Assembly (NCBI GenBank): GCA_964406665.1
Contig: CAYOSQ010000004.1
Coordinates: 49,512-113,511 of the forward strand
Direction of reading: 5' to 3'
From: an uncultured Planctomycetia bacterium
GTDB lineage: Bacteria > Omnitrophota > Gorgyraeia > VGKH01 > JBHPFN01
DNA length: 64,000 bases
Numbering within the stretch: the stretch's first letter is position 1; the number at the start of each line of letters is the position of its first letter. Under the pieces are notes generated by a model that worked only from the letters and a program-made list of their open reading frames with translations, ran no database searches and was not told where the DNA came from. Of the stretch, positions 45,754 to 57,111 are shown piece by piece. A program made the translations under genes and the position numbers.

Positions 45754-48167
45754 ACAAATACCAGCTGATCCTTCTTTGACTTAACTTTAATCTTTGATCC
45801 ATCTTTATGTTTACCGGAGATTATTTCCTGCGCCAAAGGATCTTCTACAAATCTTTGAATTGTTCTTTTAAGAGGTCGGGCCCCGAAACTTGCATCAAAA
45901 CCTCTTTCTACCAAGAAATCTTTAGCATCTTGTGATAATTCCAAAGCAATGTTTTGCTCCATAAGCCTATCTTTAACTTCATTCATTTCTATATCAATAA
46001 TTTTGTACAAATCATCTTTATTCAAAGATCTAAATACAACAATATCATCAATACGGTTTAAAAACTCGGGCTTAAATGTTTTCTTTACTTCTTCCATGAG
46101 CCTTTCTTTCATATTCTGATAATCTATTTCTTCACCCTGGGCCTTAAAACCTAAAGAACCCTGCTTGCGCAGAAGATCTGCACCAACATTCGAAGTCATG
46201 ATAATTATAGTATTTCTAAAATCGACCTTCCTCCCAAAACTATCAGTCAAACGACCATCTTCAAAAACCTGAAGCAATAAATTAAATACATCGGGGTGCG
46301 CCTTTTCTATTTCGTCTAACAAAATTACAGAATAAGGTCTGCGACGGACACGCTCTGTTAGCTGGCCACCTTCTTCATAACCAACATATCCCGGAGGAGC
46401 ACCGATTAATCTTGACACATTGAACTTCTCCATATACTCTGACATATCCAGCTGTATAAGCGCTTCTTCGTTACCAAACATAAATTCAGCTAATGCTCTT
46501 GCAAGTAAAGACTTTCCTACTCCGGTTGGACCTAAGAATATAAAAGAACCTATGGGCCTTTTAGGATCTTTAATTCCTGCACGAGAACGTCGGACTGCAT
46601 GAGCTATAACATTAATCGCCTCTTCCTGCCCAACAACACGCTTATGAATATCATCTTCTATTTTTAACAATTTCTCGCTTTCTTTTCGCTCTAATCTAGC
46701 GAGAGGAATTTTTGTCCATTGCGAGATTATCTCGGCAATATTTTCTTCGCTAATTTTAGGCCAAAGCTTATCTCTTTTTTCAACCCATTCGTTCTTAGTT
46801 GTTTCCAATTCCGACCTTGCTTCCCTCTCTTGATCGCGAAGCTTTGCTGCCTTCTCAAAATCCTGACTTTTAATAAAAGCTTCTTTCTCTAATTTAAACT
46901 GTTGAACTTTCTGCTCTAACTCTTTTATATTCTCAGGCACAGTCATCTCTGCAAGCCGAGCACGTGAACCTGTTTCATCAATAATATCTATTGCTTTATC
47001 AGGCAAGAATCTACCGGTGATGTATCTATCAGAAAATTTGGCCGCGGCCTCTAATGCCTCATCGGTAAATTTTACCTTATGGTGCTGCTCGTATTTATCT
47101 CTTAAACCTTTTAAAATCTGCAAGGTCTCTTCAACAGTCGGAGGATCAACCATGATTGTCTGAAATCTTCTCTCTAAGGCAGCGTCTTTTTCAATATGTT
47201 TTCTATATTCATCTATAGTCGTTGCACCAATACACTGAATCTCACCTCTGGACAATGCAGGTTTCAAGATATTAGATGCATCTATAGCACCTTCTGCAGC
47301 TCCTGCACCCACTAAAGTATGTAGCTCATCGATAAAAATAATAACATCTTCAGAGCGCCTAATCTCATCCATTACTGCTTTAATCCTCTCTTCAAACTGA
47401 CCTCTGTATTTTGTTCCTGCGATCATTAGAGCCAAATCGAGAATTACTATTCGTTTATTTCTTAAAATTTCAGGTACATCTCCTGCTACAATTTCTTGAG
47501 CGAGCCCTTCAACAATTGCTGTCTTTCCTACTCCAGCTTCACCCAATAAAACAGGGTTATTTTTTGTCCTGCGGCTTAATATCTGGATTACACGCTCAAT
47601 TTCATTCTTTCTACCTATTACTGGATCTAATTTATTCTCTTTTGCCAGTACATTTAAATCCCTTCCGAATGCATCAAGCGCAGGAGTTTTTGTCTTTGCA
47701 GTCTGAGCTTGCGCTCCAAAACCAGGTGTGGCAGAACCCAACAAGCTCATAACTTCGTTTCTAACTTTAGTCAAATCCAGACCCATATTTAATAATACCT
47801 GGGAAGCAATACTTTCAGCTTCTTTTACTAAGCCCAACAAAAGATGTTCTGTCCCAATATAATTATGTCCTAGGGAACGAGCCTCTTCAGCAGCAAGCTC
47901 TAAAGCTTTCTTGGCTCTGGGGGTAAAAGGAATATCCCCTAATACCTGTGTTGTAGGACCAGGCTGAACTAATTTTTCAATCTCAATTCTTATATTCTCT
48001 AAACTCACTCCCAGCTTTAACAAAACAGCCGCAGCGACACCTTCACCTTCTCTGATTAAACCCAATAAGATATGTTCTGTTCCGATATAATCATGGTTAA
48101 ATCTGCGCGCTTCTTCTTTAGCTAACAATATAACTTTTCGTGCACGTTCAGTAAATCTATTAAACAT
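45750..48167 (-). CDS. clpC: ATP-dependent Clp protease ATP-binding subunit ClpC
   Basis: Duplicated Clp_N repeats, two AAA+ modules ([16 protein letters not shown]), and a UVR-like linker. Confidence 0.85.
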   Translation of the reverse strand: MFNRFTERARKVILLAKEEARRFNHDYIGTEHILLGLIREGEGVAAAVLLKLGVSLENIRIEIEKLVQPGPTTQVLGDIPFTPRAKKALELAAEEARSLGHNYIGTEHLLLGLVKEAESIASQVLLNMGLDLTKVRNEVMSLLGSATPGFGAQAQTAKTKTPALDAFGRDLNVLAKENKLDPVIGRKNEIERVIQILSRRTKNNPVLLGEAGVGKTAIVEGLAQEIVAGDVPEILRNKRIVILDLALMIAGTKYRGQFEERIKAVMDEIRRSEDVIIFIDELHTLVGAGAAEGAIDASNILKPALSRGEIQCIGATTIDEYRKHIEKDAALERRFQTIMVDPPTVEETLQILKGLRDKYEQHHKVKFTDEALEAAAKFSDRYITGRFLPDKAIDIIDETGSRARLAEMTVPENIKELEQKVQQFKLEKEAFIKSQDFEKAAKLRDQEREARSELETTKNEWVEKRDKLWPKISEENIAEIISQWTKIPLARLERKESEKLLKIEDDIHKRVVGQEEAINVIAHAVRRSRAGIKDPKRPIGSFIFLGPTGVGKSLLARALAEFMFGNEEALIQLDMSEYMEKFNVSRLIGAPPGYVGYEEGGQLTERVRRRPYSVILLDEIEKAHPDVFNLLLQVFEDGRLTDSFGRKVDFRNTIIIMTSNVGADLLRKQGSLGFKAQGEEIDYQNMKERLMEEVKKTFKPEFLNRIDDIVVFRSLNKDDLYKIIDIEMNEVKDRLMEQNIALELSQDAKDFLVERGFDASFGARPLKRTIQRFVEDPLAQEIISGKHKDGSKIKVKSKKDQLVFV

Positions 48168-49222
48168 TACTTCTTACCTCCTAATTTCTCTCTTATTAAA
48201 CTTGCCCTTTTTATATCTCTTTCAGAAGTTGACAGTTTATGACCTTCAATTTTCTGAAGATGTGAAGGCTGAGTTATGATAAACAACTCATTAACCAAAC
48301 TTCTACTAATCCTCTTAACAATATCAAGATCAACCCCTAATCTAACCATAGAAAGAAGCTCAATAGTCTCTTGACTAGAAATTATGTGAGCATTTCTTAA
48401 AGTACCGAATGCCCGGTGAATCTTATCTTCAAGTACAGCTCTCTGCTGACTTAAAAGACTTTCTCGTGCCTGCTGCTCTTGTTCAATAATCTGTTTAATC
48501 AAACCTTTAATATTCTCGATAATTTCACTTTCCCCGTGTCCTAAAGAAACCTGATTAGAAATCTGGAAAAAATTTCCCAGGGCCTGCGTTCCTTCACCAT
48601 AAAGACCGCGAGAGGTAAAACTTAATTTGGCAATAGCAGCTAAAACCTTATTTATCTGTTTAGTCATAACCAATGCCGGAAGATGCAACATTACTGAACC
48701 CCGCATGCCAGTACCTGCATTGGTAGGACAAGCTGTCAAATATCCCCAATCAGGCAAAAAAGCAAAACGCAGTAATTTAGCGAGGTTATTATCTAAAGCA
48801 TCCATTACATTCCATGCCTCATTTAAATCGAATCCCGAGCGCATAACCTGAACACGTAAATGATCTTCTTCATTTATCATAATAGAGATAATCTCTTCTT
48901 CTGTCACAAGCAAAGCTTTATTATCTCCGGCAAGTGCGTGCTCATTGCTCATAAGATGTCTTTCGACAAGAAACTTCTTATCTACACCATCTAACTTACT
49001 TAGATCTAAAAATATAGATTTCTTAAGCAAATCAACTTTAGATAAAGCATTTTTTATCTTATTGAAGTTTTCTTCAGATCGCTTCTTATCCGCCCGGTTA
49101 GGAAATGGACTTTTTTCCAAATTACGTGCCAAACGAATCCTGCTAGACATAACAATATCTGAATGAGGACCGGTGCCTTTTAGCCATTCGCTTCTCTGAC
49201 CTAGAAAATCGTTGAGCTTCAT
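48167..49222 (-). CDS. mcsB: protein-arginine kinase McsB
   Basis: ATP:guanido phosphotransferase-like catalytic domain; located between mcsA and clpC. Confidence 0.75.
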   Translation of the reverse strand: MKLNDFLGQRSEWLKGTGPHSDIVMSSRIRLARNLEKSPFPNRADKKRSEENFNKIKNALSKVDLLKKSIFLDLSKLDGVDKKFLVERHLMSNEHALAGDNKALLVTEEEIISIMINEEDHLRVQVMRSGFDLNEAWNVMDALDNNLAKLLRFAFLPDWGYLTACPTNAGTGMRGSVMLHLPALVMTKQINKVLAAIAKLSFTSRGLYGEGTQALGNFFQISNQVSLGHGESEIIENIKGLIKQIIEQEQQARESLLSQQRAVLEDKIHRAFGTLRNAHIISSQETIELLSMVRLGVDLDIVKRISRSLVNELFIITQPSHLQKIEGHKLSTSERDIKRASLIREKLGGKK

Positions 49223-49225
49223 TGT

Positions 49226-49723
49226 TTATTTCTCTCCTTTGCTTTCTAGCACTCTAATTTTGTCTCTTAGCTTAGCGGCTTCTTCAAACTCTTCATTATG
49301 AATCGCAATAGACAGTTTCATTTTCAATTCCTGCAATTCAGATTTCTCCTTCACACTCTTAGAAAGCTTCTCAGGAGCTTTTCCGGTATGTTGGCTAGAG
49401 CCATGAATTTTTTTCAAAAGAGAACTTAAATATCCTTTGAAAACGCTATAACATTCGCCACAACCTAACCTACCGTTTTTCCTAAAATCATCATAGGTCA
49501 AACCACATTCAGAGCAACCTGCCTTAACCTTACCCACTCCCTCTATCTGCTTACCAATATCGGTTAAACCGGCAAGAAGATCAGCCAAGCCAAACTGTTG
49601 TTCCATTTGAACGCTTTTTTCTTTAGCGCAATGTTCACAAATATGCAGCTCTGTCATTTGATTATCTACTATTTCTGTCAGATGAACTGTAGATGGATAT
49701 TTCCCACAAATATCACAAAGCAT
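49226..49723 (-). CDS. mcsA: McsA-like zinc-finger / UVR-domain protein
   Basis: Several CxxC zinc knuckles (CDICGK...CEHC) and a C-terminal UVR-like helix EEFEEAAKLRDKI. Confidence 0.7.
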   Translation of the reverse strand: MLCDICGKYPSTVHLTEIVDNQMTELHICEHCAKEKSVQMEQQFGLADLLAGLTDIGKQIEGVGKVKAGCSECGLTYDDFRKNGRLGCGECYSVFKGYLSSLLKKIHGSSQHTGKAPEKLSKSVKEKSELQELKMKLSIAIHNEEFEEAAKLRDKIRVLESKGEK

Positions 49724-50585
49724 ATTTTACTCCTTCAGTTTTAGTAACTTTGTGAAATGCCTCTGTAAGTTTTTTAACAATAGGACCAGGCTTACCTGAA
49801 CCAATAACCCTACCGTCAACTTTAATGACAGGAATAATCTCAGCAGCAGTACCTGTTAAGAAACACTCATCAGAAATATATACCTCGTGTCGAGTGATGA
49901 CATGTTCATGTACTGATAATTTCATTTTAGAAGCAATTTCTAAAATAGTATCCCTAGTAATGCCCCTTAGCGTACCCATACACTGCGGTGGAGTGTAAAT
50001 TTGATTTTTTCTAACGATAAAAATGTTATCCCCTGTACACTCAGTAACATAACCTAAATGATCAAGCATAATTGCTTCCTGAAAACCCGCATTGATAGCC
50101 TCAATTTTAGCTAAGATATTATTCAAATAATTAAGGGTCTTCAATTGAGGATTTAATGCCTCAGGTAAATTACGAATAGTGGGTACCGAGATTATCTCCA
50201 TACCATTCTTATAGGACTGAGGATAAAGCTTAATCTTATCAGCAATTATAATAATTGTTGCATTACCTTTACATTTACGAGGATCAAGACCTAAATCTCC
50301 GGAACCACGCGTAACAACTAATCTTACATAAGCATCGGTTAATTTATTAGTTTTTAACGTATCAATGATTGCTTTAATCATCTGCTGTTTGGTCATAGGA
50401 ATTTTCAGCATAATGGTATGGGCAGTCTCATAGAGTCTATCAACGTGTTCCTTCAGCTTAAAAACAAGCTTATTATAAGAACGAATCCCCTCAAAGACTC
50501 CATCACCATAAAGAAGACCATGGTCAAAAACAGAAATTTTTGCATCTTTCTTATCAAAAAATTTACCGTTAATATAGATTTTCAT
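49713..50585 (-). CDS. class IV aminotransferase (branched-chain amino-acid or D-amino-acid aminotransferase)
   Basis: LYGDGVFEGIRSY motif and a fold-type IV PLP enzyme. Confidence 0.65.
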   Translation of the reverse strand: MKIYINGKFFDKKDAKISVFDHGLLYGDGVFEGIRSYNKLVFKLKEHVDRLYETAHTIMLKIPMTKQQMIKAIIDTLKTNKLTDAYVRLVVTRGSGDLGLDPRKCKGNATIIIIADKIKLYPQSYKNGMEIISVPTIRNLPEALNPQLKTLNYLNNILAKIEAINAGFQEAIMLDHLGYVTECTGDNIFIVRKNQIYTPPQCMGTLRGITRDTILEIASKMKLSVHEHVITRHEVYISDECFLTGTAAEIIPVIKVDGRVIGSGKPGPIVKKLTEAFHKVTKTEGVKYAL

Positions 50586-50604
50586 TTAAGCATTTCCTCC
50601 TTAA

Positions 50605-51294
50605 CTACAGTAATTTACCGTCTTGCAATCTGATCATCCTTGAAGCTTCTTTGGCCATATTCTCATCATGCGTAACGACTACTATTGTCTTATTTCTTTT
50701 TCTATTCAATTCACCCAATAAATCAAAAACATGAGAACCTAACTTAGAATCAAGATTACCCGTTGGCTCATCGCAGAATATTATCTGCGGGTCATTAATC
50801 AGTGCGCGGGCAATCGCCAAACGTTGCTGTTCTCCTCCGGACAATTCGCTAGGTCTATGACTACCCCTATCGACCAAACCTACCAAATTAAGATATTCCT
50901 GGCCTTTTTCAAAAAACAGTTTTGTCTTTTGTCTACTTGCCCCAACACACGCAGGTAAAATAAGATTCTCTAATGCGCTAAATTCCGGTAGCAAATGATA
51001 GAACTGAAAAACAAAACCTATGCTGCGATTTCTTAAGCGCGAGCGAACCTCATCAGAAATCTTATAAAGATCAGTACCGTCAAAATTGACAGAACCCTTA
51101 GTGGGCCTATCAAGTCCTCCTAAAAGATGCAATAATGTTGATTTTCCTGCACCTGAAGGACCTACAATAGACAGCAATTCTCCTTCTTTTATATCTAAGC
51201 TAACTCCTTTCAACACAGTTAGCTCTCTTGCCTTACTATTATATATCTTATAGAGGTTTTTTGCCTCTAAAATCGTATTTTTTTTATTATTCAT
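50605..51294 (-). CDS. lolD: lipoprotein-releasing system ATP-binding protein LolD
   Basis: ABC ATPase ([17 protein letters not shown]) adjacent to a LolC/E-type permease. Confidence 0.65.
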   Translation of the reverse strand: MNNKKNTILEAKNLYKIYNSKARELTVLKGVSLDIKEGELLSIVGPSGAGKSTLLHLLGGLDRPTKGSVNFDGTDLYKISDEVRSRLRNRSIGFVFQFYHLLPEFSALENLILPACVGASRQKTKLFFEKGQEYLNLVGLVDRGSHRPSELSGGEQQRLAIARALINDPQIIFCDEPTGNLDSKLGSHVFDLLGELNRKRNKTIVVVTHDENMAKEASRMIRLQDGKLL

Positions 51295-52474
51295 ATCTTA
51301 ACGCTTCTACCGGGTCTAGCGAAGCTGCTTTGTTTGCCGGATATAGAGTTGCTAGAAAACTTATAACAATTGCAGCACCAGCAATTAACCCAATGTCTTG
51401 CCAGACCAAATCAACAGGTAAATATTTTATATAATAAATATCCTGTGGAAGTGTAATAAATTGATATTTCTTAAGCAATAAGCTTAAAGCTACCCCTAAA
51501 GACAAACCCAGAGCTGTTCCGGAAATACCAATTAAAAGTCCCTGCAAAGTAAAGATTCTACGAATACTATTTTTTGTTGCACCCATAGATTTAAGAATAC
51601 CTATATCTTTTATCTTCTGAGTAACAATTACAATTAAAGTACTTACAATATTGAATGATGCAACTAGAACAATTAAAGTTAAGATAATGAACATCGCAAT
51701 TTTCTCTAATCTAAGTGCGGCAAAGAAATTCCTGTTTATCTCAATCCAGGTTCTCACACTATAAGAATAGCCTAATTCCTTAAGAATCTCCTTTTTTACC
51801 TGTGCAGCTTTATAAATATCTTTTAAGCTAACAGCCATTCCAGTTATTGTGTCTGACATTTGAAAAACTTCCTGAGCAGTATCAATATTGGTAAAAATCA
51901 AATTCATATCATAGTCATACATTCCTGAGCCAAAAATACCTATGACTTTTAACTCTACCAAAGATTCTGTTTCCGTCGAATAAACTGTCAAACTGTCATT
52001 CACATCTAGCCACAAAGAATCAGCAAGCTCCTTACCAATTAACACTTCATTATCTTTAAGATTAAGCGAACCTCTGCTAAGAAATTTCTTAAGCTTGGTT
52101 ACCCTTACCTCTTCTTCAGGATTGATGCCGCGAAGCGATAATCCTAGGATTTTGTCTTCATATCTTAAAAAAACGTGTCCGCTTATATATGGAGAAACTG
52201 CCTCAACCTGTTCTATGTTAGTTAACTTATTTTTGACTGAAGGATATTCTTTTTCTGAACGAATACCCTCAACCAAAATATGAGAATTCGTCCCTACAAT
52301 TTTATCGCGTAAATCATTATCAAACCCTGTCATTACTCCGATAACAATAATCAAAGCCATTACTCCGACGGCAACACCTAAAATAGAAATCAAACTAATA
52401 ATAGATATAAAGCTTTCTTTTCTTCTAGTAGTCAAATATCTTAATGTTACCCAAAGTTCCCAACGATTAATCAT
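51287..52474 (-). CDS. LolC/LolE-family (FtsX-like) lipoprotein-release permease
   Basis: N-terminal TM helix, a periplasmic domain and a C-terminal FtsX-like 3-TM bundle. Confidence 0.65.
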   Translation of the reverse strand: MINRWELWVTLRYLTTRRKESFISIISLISILGVAVGVMALIIVIGVMTGFDNDLRDKIVGTNSHILVEGIRSEKEYPSVKNKLTNIEQVEAVSPYISGHVFLRYEDKILGLSLRGINPEEEVRVTKLKKFLSRGSLNLKDNEVLIGKELADSLWLDVNDSLTVYSTETESLVELKVIGIFGSGMYDYDMNLIFTNIDTAQEVFQMSDTITGMAVSLKDIYKAAQVKKEILKELGYSYSVRTWIEINRNFFAALRLEKIAMFIILTLIVLVASFNIVSTLIVIVTQKIKDIGILKSMGATKNSIRRIFTLQGLLIGISGTALGLSLGVALSLLLKKYQFITLPQDIYYIKYLPVDLVWQDIGLIAGAAIVISFLATLYPANKAASLDPVEALRYE

Positions 52475-53915
52475 TCTTCTCTTCCGGTTTTAATAACGGG
52501 AAAAATATAACTTCTCTAATAGACGGTTGATTAGCAAACAGCATTACCAGCCTATCAATACCAATACCTAAACCTCCGGCCGGAGGCATACCATATTCTA
52601 GGGCAGTTACAAAATCTTCATCAATATTTTTTAACTCTTCTTCATCAATTTCTGACAGTGCCTCTTGAAGTTTTTTCTTTTGCTCCTGCGGATCATTAAG
52701 CTCAGAATAAGCGTTGGCAACCTCCATTCCACCCATAAATAATTCAAAGCGCTCGGCAATTAGAGGGTTATTCTCCTTGGTCTTTGCCAGAGGACTCAGA
52801 AAACTAAAATAATCCGTGAAAAATATTGGCCTTGAAACTGCATCATCCTGCAGGAGGTCCTCAATGATTTTCATAATCTGTGAACGAGAAAGCTTTTGCT
52901 TCTCGACTAAATTAGGTTTCTTCTTTTTTATCTTACCCAACATAATCTCTGCGGTATCGTCAGGATTAATATCAAACTCTTTTTTAACTACATCAGCAAA
53001 AGAACATCTCTGCCAAGGCGCAGCTAAATCTATTTCCTTATCCTGATATTTAATTATTGAGCTGCCCAAGAGATCTTTAGCCAATTGACTAATAAGCTCC
53101 TCGGTTAATTTCATCATGTCTTCATAGTCAGTGTAAGCAGTATAAACCTCAAGCATAGTAAATTCAGGATTATGTCTAGTTGAGATACCTTCGTTTCTGA
53201 AACTGCGGTTTATCTCATAAACTTTGTCAAATCCACCGACTAAAAGTCTTTTTAAATACAACTCAGGAGCAATCCTTAAAAAAACATCCATATCAGTTGC
53301 ATTATGAAAACTCTTAAACGGCCTACCGGCTGCTCCTCCGGGAATATTCTGCAACATCGGTGTCTCAACCTCAAGGTATTCTCTACTATCAAAATATTTT
53401 CTTATAGCAGATATAATTTTTGAACGTAGCTTGAATATTTCTTTAACTTCTTTACTGGCGATAAGGTCTAAATATCTTTTTCTGTATCTAATCTCAACAG
53501 CCTTCAAACCATGCCACTTCTCAGGTAATGGCCTTAAAGCTTTGCTTAATAAAGTAATTTTTTTAACACCAACAGTTGCCTCTTCAGTCCTTGTTTTAAA
53601 CAGCTCTCCCGCTACTCCAATAAAATCTCCTATATCTAACTGCTTGAATATCTCCAGAGATTTTTCATCAATTTCTTTTTCTTTAATATAAAGCTGAATT
53701 TTAGCACTTGTATCTTCTAAATCTAAAAAAGACACTTTACCATGTGCTCGTTTTGCCATTATTCTACCAGCTAAAGAAACGCTACGGCCTTCCTGAAAAT
53801 CAGCTAAAACATCAGATATATCAGATGTTTTTTCAAACCGCTTTCCATAAGGATTTACACCGCTTTTTTTAAGCTGCTCAATTTTGTTAACTCTTTGATT
53901 TACAATCTCTTCCAT
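52467..53915 (-). CDS. lysS: lysine--tRNA ligase (class II)
   Basis: N-terminal OB fold and class II motifs (FRNEG, GGLGIGIDRL). Confidence 0.85.
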   Translation of the reverse strand: MEEIVNQRVNKIEQLKKSGVNPYGKRFEKTSDISDVLADFQEGRSVSLAGRIMAKRAHGKVSFLDLEDTSAKIQLYIKEKEIDEKSLEIFKQLDIGDFIGVAGELFKTRTEEATVGVKKITLLSKALRPLPEKWHGLKAVEIRYRKRYLDLIASKEVKEIFKLRSKIISAIRKYFDSREYLEVETPMLQNIPGGAAGRPFKSFHNATDMDVFLRIAPELYLKRLLVGGFDKVYEINRSFRNEGISTRHNPEFTMLEVYTAYTDYEDMMKLTEELISQLAKDLLGSSIIKYQDKEIDLAAPWQRCSFADVVKKEFDINPDDTAEIMLGKIKKKKPNLVEKQKLSRSQIMKIIEDLLQDDAVSRPIFFTDYFSFLSPLAKTKENNPLIAERFELFMGGMEVANAYSELNDPQEQKKKLQEALSEIDEEELKNIDEDFVTALEYGMPPAGGLGIGIDRLVMLFANQPSIREVIFFPLLKPEEKND

Positions 53916-54038
53916 ATCTTTCTCCTGTTAATTTTGTATTTACTAATTATAATGCAGAAACACTATACTGTCAATCAAGATTAAAGGTCAAAATAATGAT
54001 TGATGAACTACAAAATGCGGATTTCGGGAGTGACTTTA

Positions 54039-54866
54039 CTATACAGCAATAATACAAATATTGTTTTTATCTGCCATCAAAAGGCATTTATCTTGGTCTA
54101 ACAATAGTGTCTTTTCTGCTTCAATTGCAAGACAACTTACCTTGGCTCTTATTAAGCTTTTCATTGTATTAACGCCAACTACAGGAATATCAAAACGCAT
54201 ATCTTGCTGAGGTTTACTCATCTTGACTACAGTAATATCTCCGTTTCCCAGCTTTCCGGAACGCAGTATTGCCTGATCTGTGCCCTCTAAAGCTTCAATA
54301 GCTAAAATAGCTTTTTGTTTTATGCACACTGTCTGACCAATATCCAGATACCCCATTTTTTTGGCAATATCTTTACCGAAAACAATATCTTCCCACTCTG
54401 AATCAGTTGGAGACCTTTTTGTCAAAGCACCTTTAGAAGGCATGTAATCTTTTAAATAAATAGTGGAATCAATTAGCTCAATTCCAAAACCTTTTAGCTT
54501 ATCTGCTATTGCTCCAAATATTGTATCCGCTTTTTTATCCTTGATATCTTCAAGTAAACCTTTTAAATCTTCATCTACAGCAATTTTTTTGCTAAATAGA
54601 TTTTTTGGATTAACCTGCCCGGCCATAACAACCTTAGATATTTTACCAATCTTAAGCATACCTAAAAGTTTTTTCAGCTCTCCGGGCCCAACCCAGAATA
54701 ACCTATCTACATATTTCCTTAATTCCTTAGATGTATCACCCTTAATGCCAACAGCAAATATCTTAATATTTGCCTTGCGCTTAGCAGCCTGAGCAAAAAC
54801 AATAGGAAATCTTCCGTTTCCTGCAATTAAACCTAAAACATCTGAGCTTAAATTTATCTTCGACAT
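54039..54866 (-). CDS. lpxI: LpxI-family (DUF1009) UDP-2,3-diacylglucosamine hydrolase
   Basis: N-terminal GLIAGNGRFP motif typical of LpxI; overlaps lpxA. Confidence 0.6.
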   Translation of the reverse strand: MSKINLSSDVLGLIAGNGRFPIVFAQAAKRKANIKIFAVGIKGDTSKELRKYVDRLFWVGPGELKKLLGMLKIGKISKVVMAGQVNPKNLFSKKIAVDEDLKGLLEDIKDKKADTIFGAIADKLKGFGIELIDSTIYLKDYMPSKGALTKRSPTDSEWEDIVFGKDIAKKMGYLDIGQTVCIKQKAILAIEALEGTDQAILRSGKLGNGDITVVKMSKPQQDMRFDIPVVGVNTMKSLIRAKVSCLAIEAEKTLLLDQDKCLLMADKNNICIIAV

Positions 54867-55627
54867 ATGCCTCGTCGGGAGGATTTAACGAACTCTGTAA
54901 GATATGAAATCTCTTCACCTTTTGGGATTTCTTTTTCTACTTTCTCCAACGCATGAGAAATAGACAATCCAGAATTAAACAAAATCTTGAATGTTTCTTT
55001 TAAATTGTGGATGGTTTCTCGTGGAACCTTTGCTCTTTTTAAACCAACCAAGTTTAAACCATAAACTTTTGTAGGATGTCCATCACAAGTAGAAAAAGGA
55101 GGTATATCTTGAACCACTTTAGAACATCCTCCGATAATAGAAAGTTTTCCCACTCTACAAAACTGATGCACAGCTACAATCCCACCGATTACTGAATAAT
55201 CTTCTATGGTAACATATCCGGCCAATGTTCCCACATTAGCAATAATACAATTGTTTCCAATAATACAATCATGGGCAACATGAGAATACGCCATTAACAG
55301 ATTATTATTACCAATAACTGTTTTTCCGCCTTCTTCAGTTCCAGGATTAACAGTTACATATTCTCTGAAAATACTACCATCCCCAATTTCAATAAAGCTC
55401 TTTTCACCCTTGTATTTCAAATCCTGAGGAGGACTGCCGATAACCGCTCCCGTAAACAAGCGGCAATTCTTGCCTATAGAAGTATAGCCCTCAACAGCAC
55501 AGCCTTGACCAATTTCTGTACCCGAGCCAATAGTAACATTCTCTCCGATAACGGAAAAAGGCCCTACTTTTACACCTTCTGCCAACTTTGCTTTAGGATG
55601 AATTATTGATGTATTGTGGATTTCCAT
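54854..55627 (-). CDS. lpxA: acyl-ACP--UDP-GlcNAc O-acyltransferase
   Basis: Hexapeptide left-handed beta-helix with the N-terminus IHPTAIIHPKAKL. Confidence 0.75.
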   Translation of the reverse strand: MEIHNTSIIHPKAKLAEGVKVGPFSVIGENVTIGSGTEIGQGCAVEGYTSIGKNCRLFTGAVIGSPPQDLKYKGEKSFIEIGDGSIFREYVTVNPGTEEGGKTVIGNNNLLMAYSHVAHDCIIGNNCIIANVGTLAGYVTIEDYSVIGGIVAVHQFCRVGKLSIIGGCSKVVQDIPPFSTCDGHPTKVYGLNLVGLKRAKVPRETIHNLKETFKILFNSGLSISHALEKVEKEIPKGEEISYLTEFVKSSRRGICRR

Positions 55628-55675
55628 TATTTTAACATTTTATCAGATACGCAACAGGTGTCAATAATTTTGAAG

Positions 55676-56581
55676 CTACATAATAGAGAGCATCTTATCT
55701 ATCGCCTGCTTTGCTCTCATTCGAATATCGTCAGGAACTTTCACTTCTTCTTCAAACTCTTCCAGAGACCATAATACCTTCTCTACCGTAGTCATTTTCA
55801 TGTTAGGACAAGTTGCCAACTCAGTAGCAGGAAAAAATTTTTTATCCGGATTGTCTTTCTGTAATCTATAAATAAGTCCTGTTTCTGTACCAATAATAAA
55901 CTCACTATCAACAGCCGTCTTAACATGTTTGCACATCTTTCCGGTAGAAAGAGCTTCATCGGCTAAATCAATAACCTCAGGAGTACATTCAGGATGCACA
56001 ATGACTTTTGCCTTTGGGTGAGACCTTACCTGCTTTACTATATCTTCAGGTAAAATCTTCACATGTGTTGGACAATGACCATCCCAAGAAATAAGTCTTC
56101 TGCCTGTTCTTTTTGAAACAAAATCTGCCAGATATTTATCCGGTATAAAAATAATTTCTTCTGAATCCTTAAGATAATTAACTACTTCAACAGCGTTTGT
56201 TGACGTACAACAAATATCTAATTCTGCTTTTACCTCCGCAGATGTATTAACATAACCAACCACAGCTGCATTAGGATGACGACTCTTAAGCTCGCGCAGA
56301 TCCTCGGCAGTAATCATATTTGCCATAGGACAACCAGCTTTTATCTCGGGCATCAAAATTGTTTTGTCAGGACAAAGTATAGAAGCAGTCTCTGCCATAA
56401 AATGCACACCACAGAAAACAACTACTTTTGCATCTGAAGAAGCCGCTATCCTGCTTAATTCCAGAGAATCCCCCGAATAATCAGCAATATCCTGAACTTC
56501 AGGAAGCTGATAGTTGTGTGCCAAAATAATGGCATTTTTCTGTTTTTTTAGTTCTTGAATTTTCTCAATTAGCTTATCCAT
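55676..56581 (-). CDS. nadA: quinolinate synthase
   Basis: 301 aa; conserved Cys residues and the NadA fold signature. Confidence 0.8.
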   Translation of the reverse strand: MDKLIEKIQELKKQKNAIILAHNYQLPEVQDIADYSGDSLELSRIAASSDAKVVVFCGVHFMAETASILCPDKTILMPEIKAGCPMANMITAEDLRELKSRHPNAAVVGYVNTSAEVKAELDICCTSTNAVEVVNYLKDSEEIIFIPDKYLADFVSKRTGRRLISWDGHCPTHVKILPEDIVKQVRSHPKAKVIVHPECTPEVIDLADEALSTGKMCKHVKTAVDSEFIIGTETGLIYRLQKDNPDKKFFPATELATCPNMKMTTVEKVLWSLEEFEEEVKVPDDIRMRAKQAIDKMLSIM

Positions 56582-56672
56582 ATTACTGTCTATTTTACTG
56601 AAGTTTTAAGCGCTGTCAAAAGCTATTTAAAATTTATATGGGGATAAAATTTATGAAAAACGCACAGAGATA

Positions 56673-57107
56673 TTATTCCTGGGTTTCCGACTGAGGCTCT
56701 TGCTTAGACTTTTTTGCTGTTTCTTGATAAACATATTCAATAAACCTGGTCTCATCGGACTGCTTTATAGTAAAAAGCTTAACCCCCGTTTCATATCCCT
56801 GCTTTCCATCGGGCAAGCTTACTGGGATAGACCACATAACTTCACCCCTTAAATGTAAAACTTCAGGCTGATCAGGAACAACAATCTCCAACTTAAGCAT
56901 GTTTCCCGGATCAAGAGCCTTATCTGTAAGAAAACAAACTCCTTCAACGCTTAAATTCTTTGTTATTGCAGAAACATTCTCTGAAGGAGTCTGCCCCTGA
57001 TACTTTTGCTGAGCTTGAAACTTTACTTCAGTCTTTACATTAAAACGAACATATCTTCTTTTTTCACTTGATGGTTTCTGTTCCATAAAACAACCTCCAA
57101 ATATCAA
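56673..57107 (-). CDS. PilZ domain protein
   Basis: Motifs RRYVRF (RxxxR) and NLSVEG (D/NxSxxG). Confidence 0.6.
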   Translation of the reverse strand: MIFGGCFMEQKPSSEKRRYVRFNVKTEVKFQAQQKYQGQTPSENVSAITKNLSVEGVCFLTDKALDPGNMLKLEIVVPDQPEVLHLRGEVMWSIPVSLPDGKQGYETGVKLFTIKQSDETRFIEYVYQETAKKSKQEPQSETQE

Positions 57108-57111
57108 AAAA

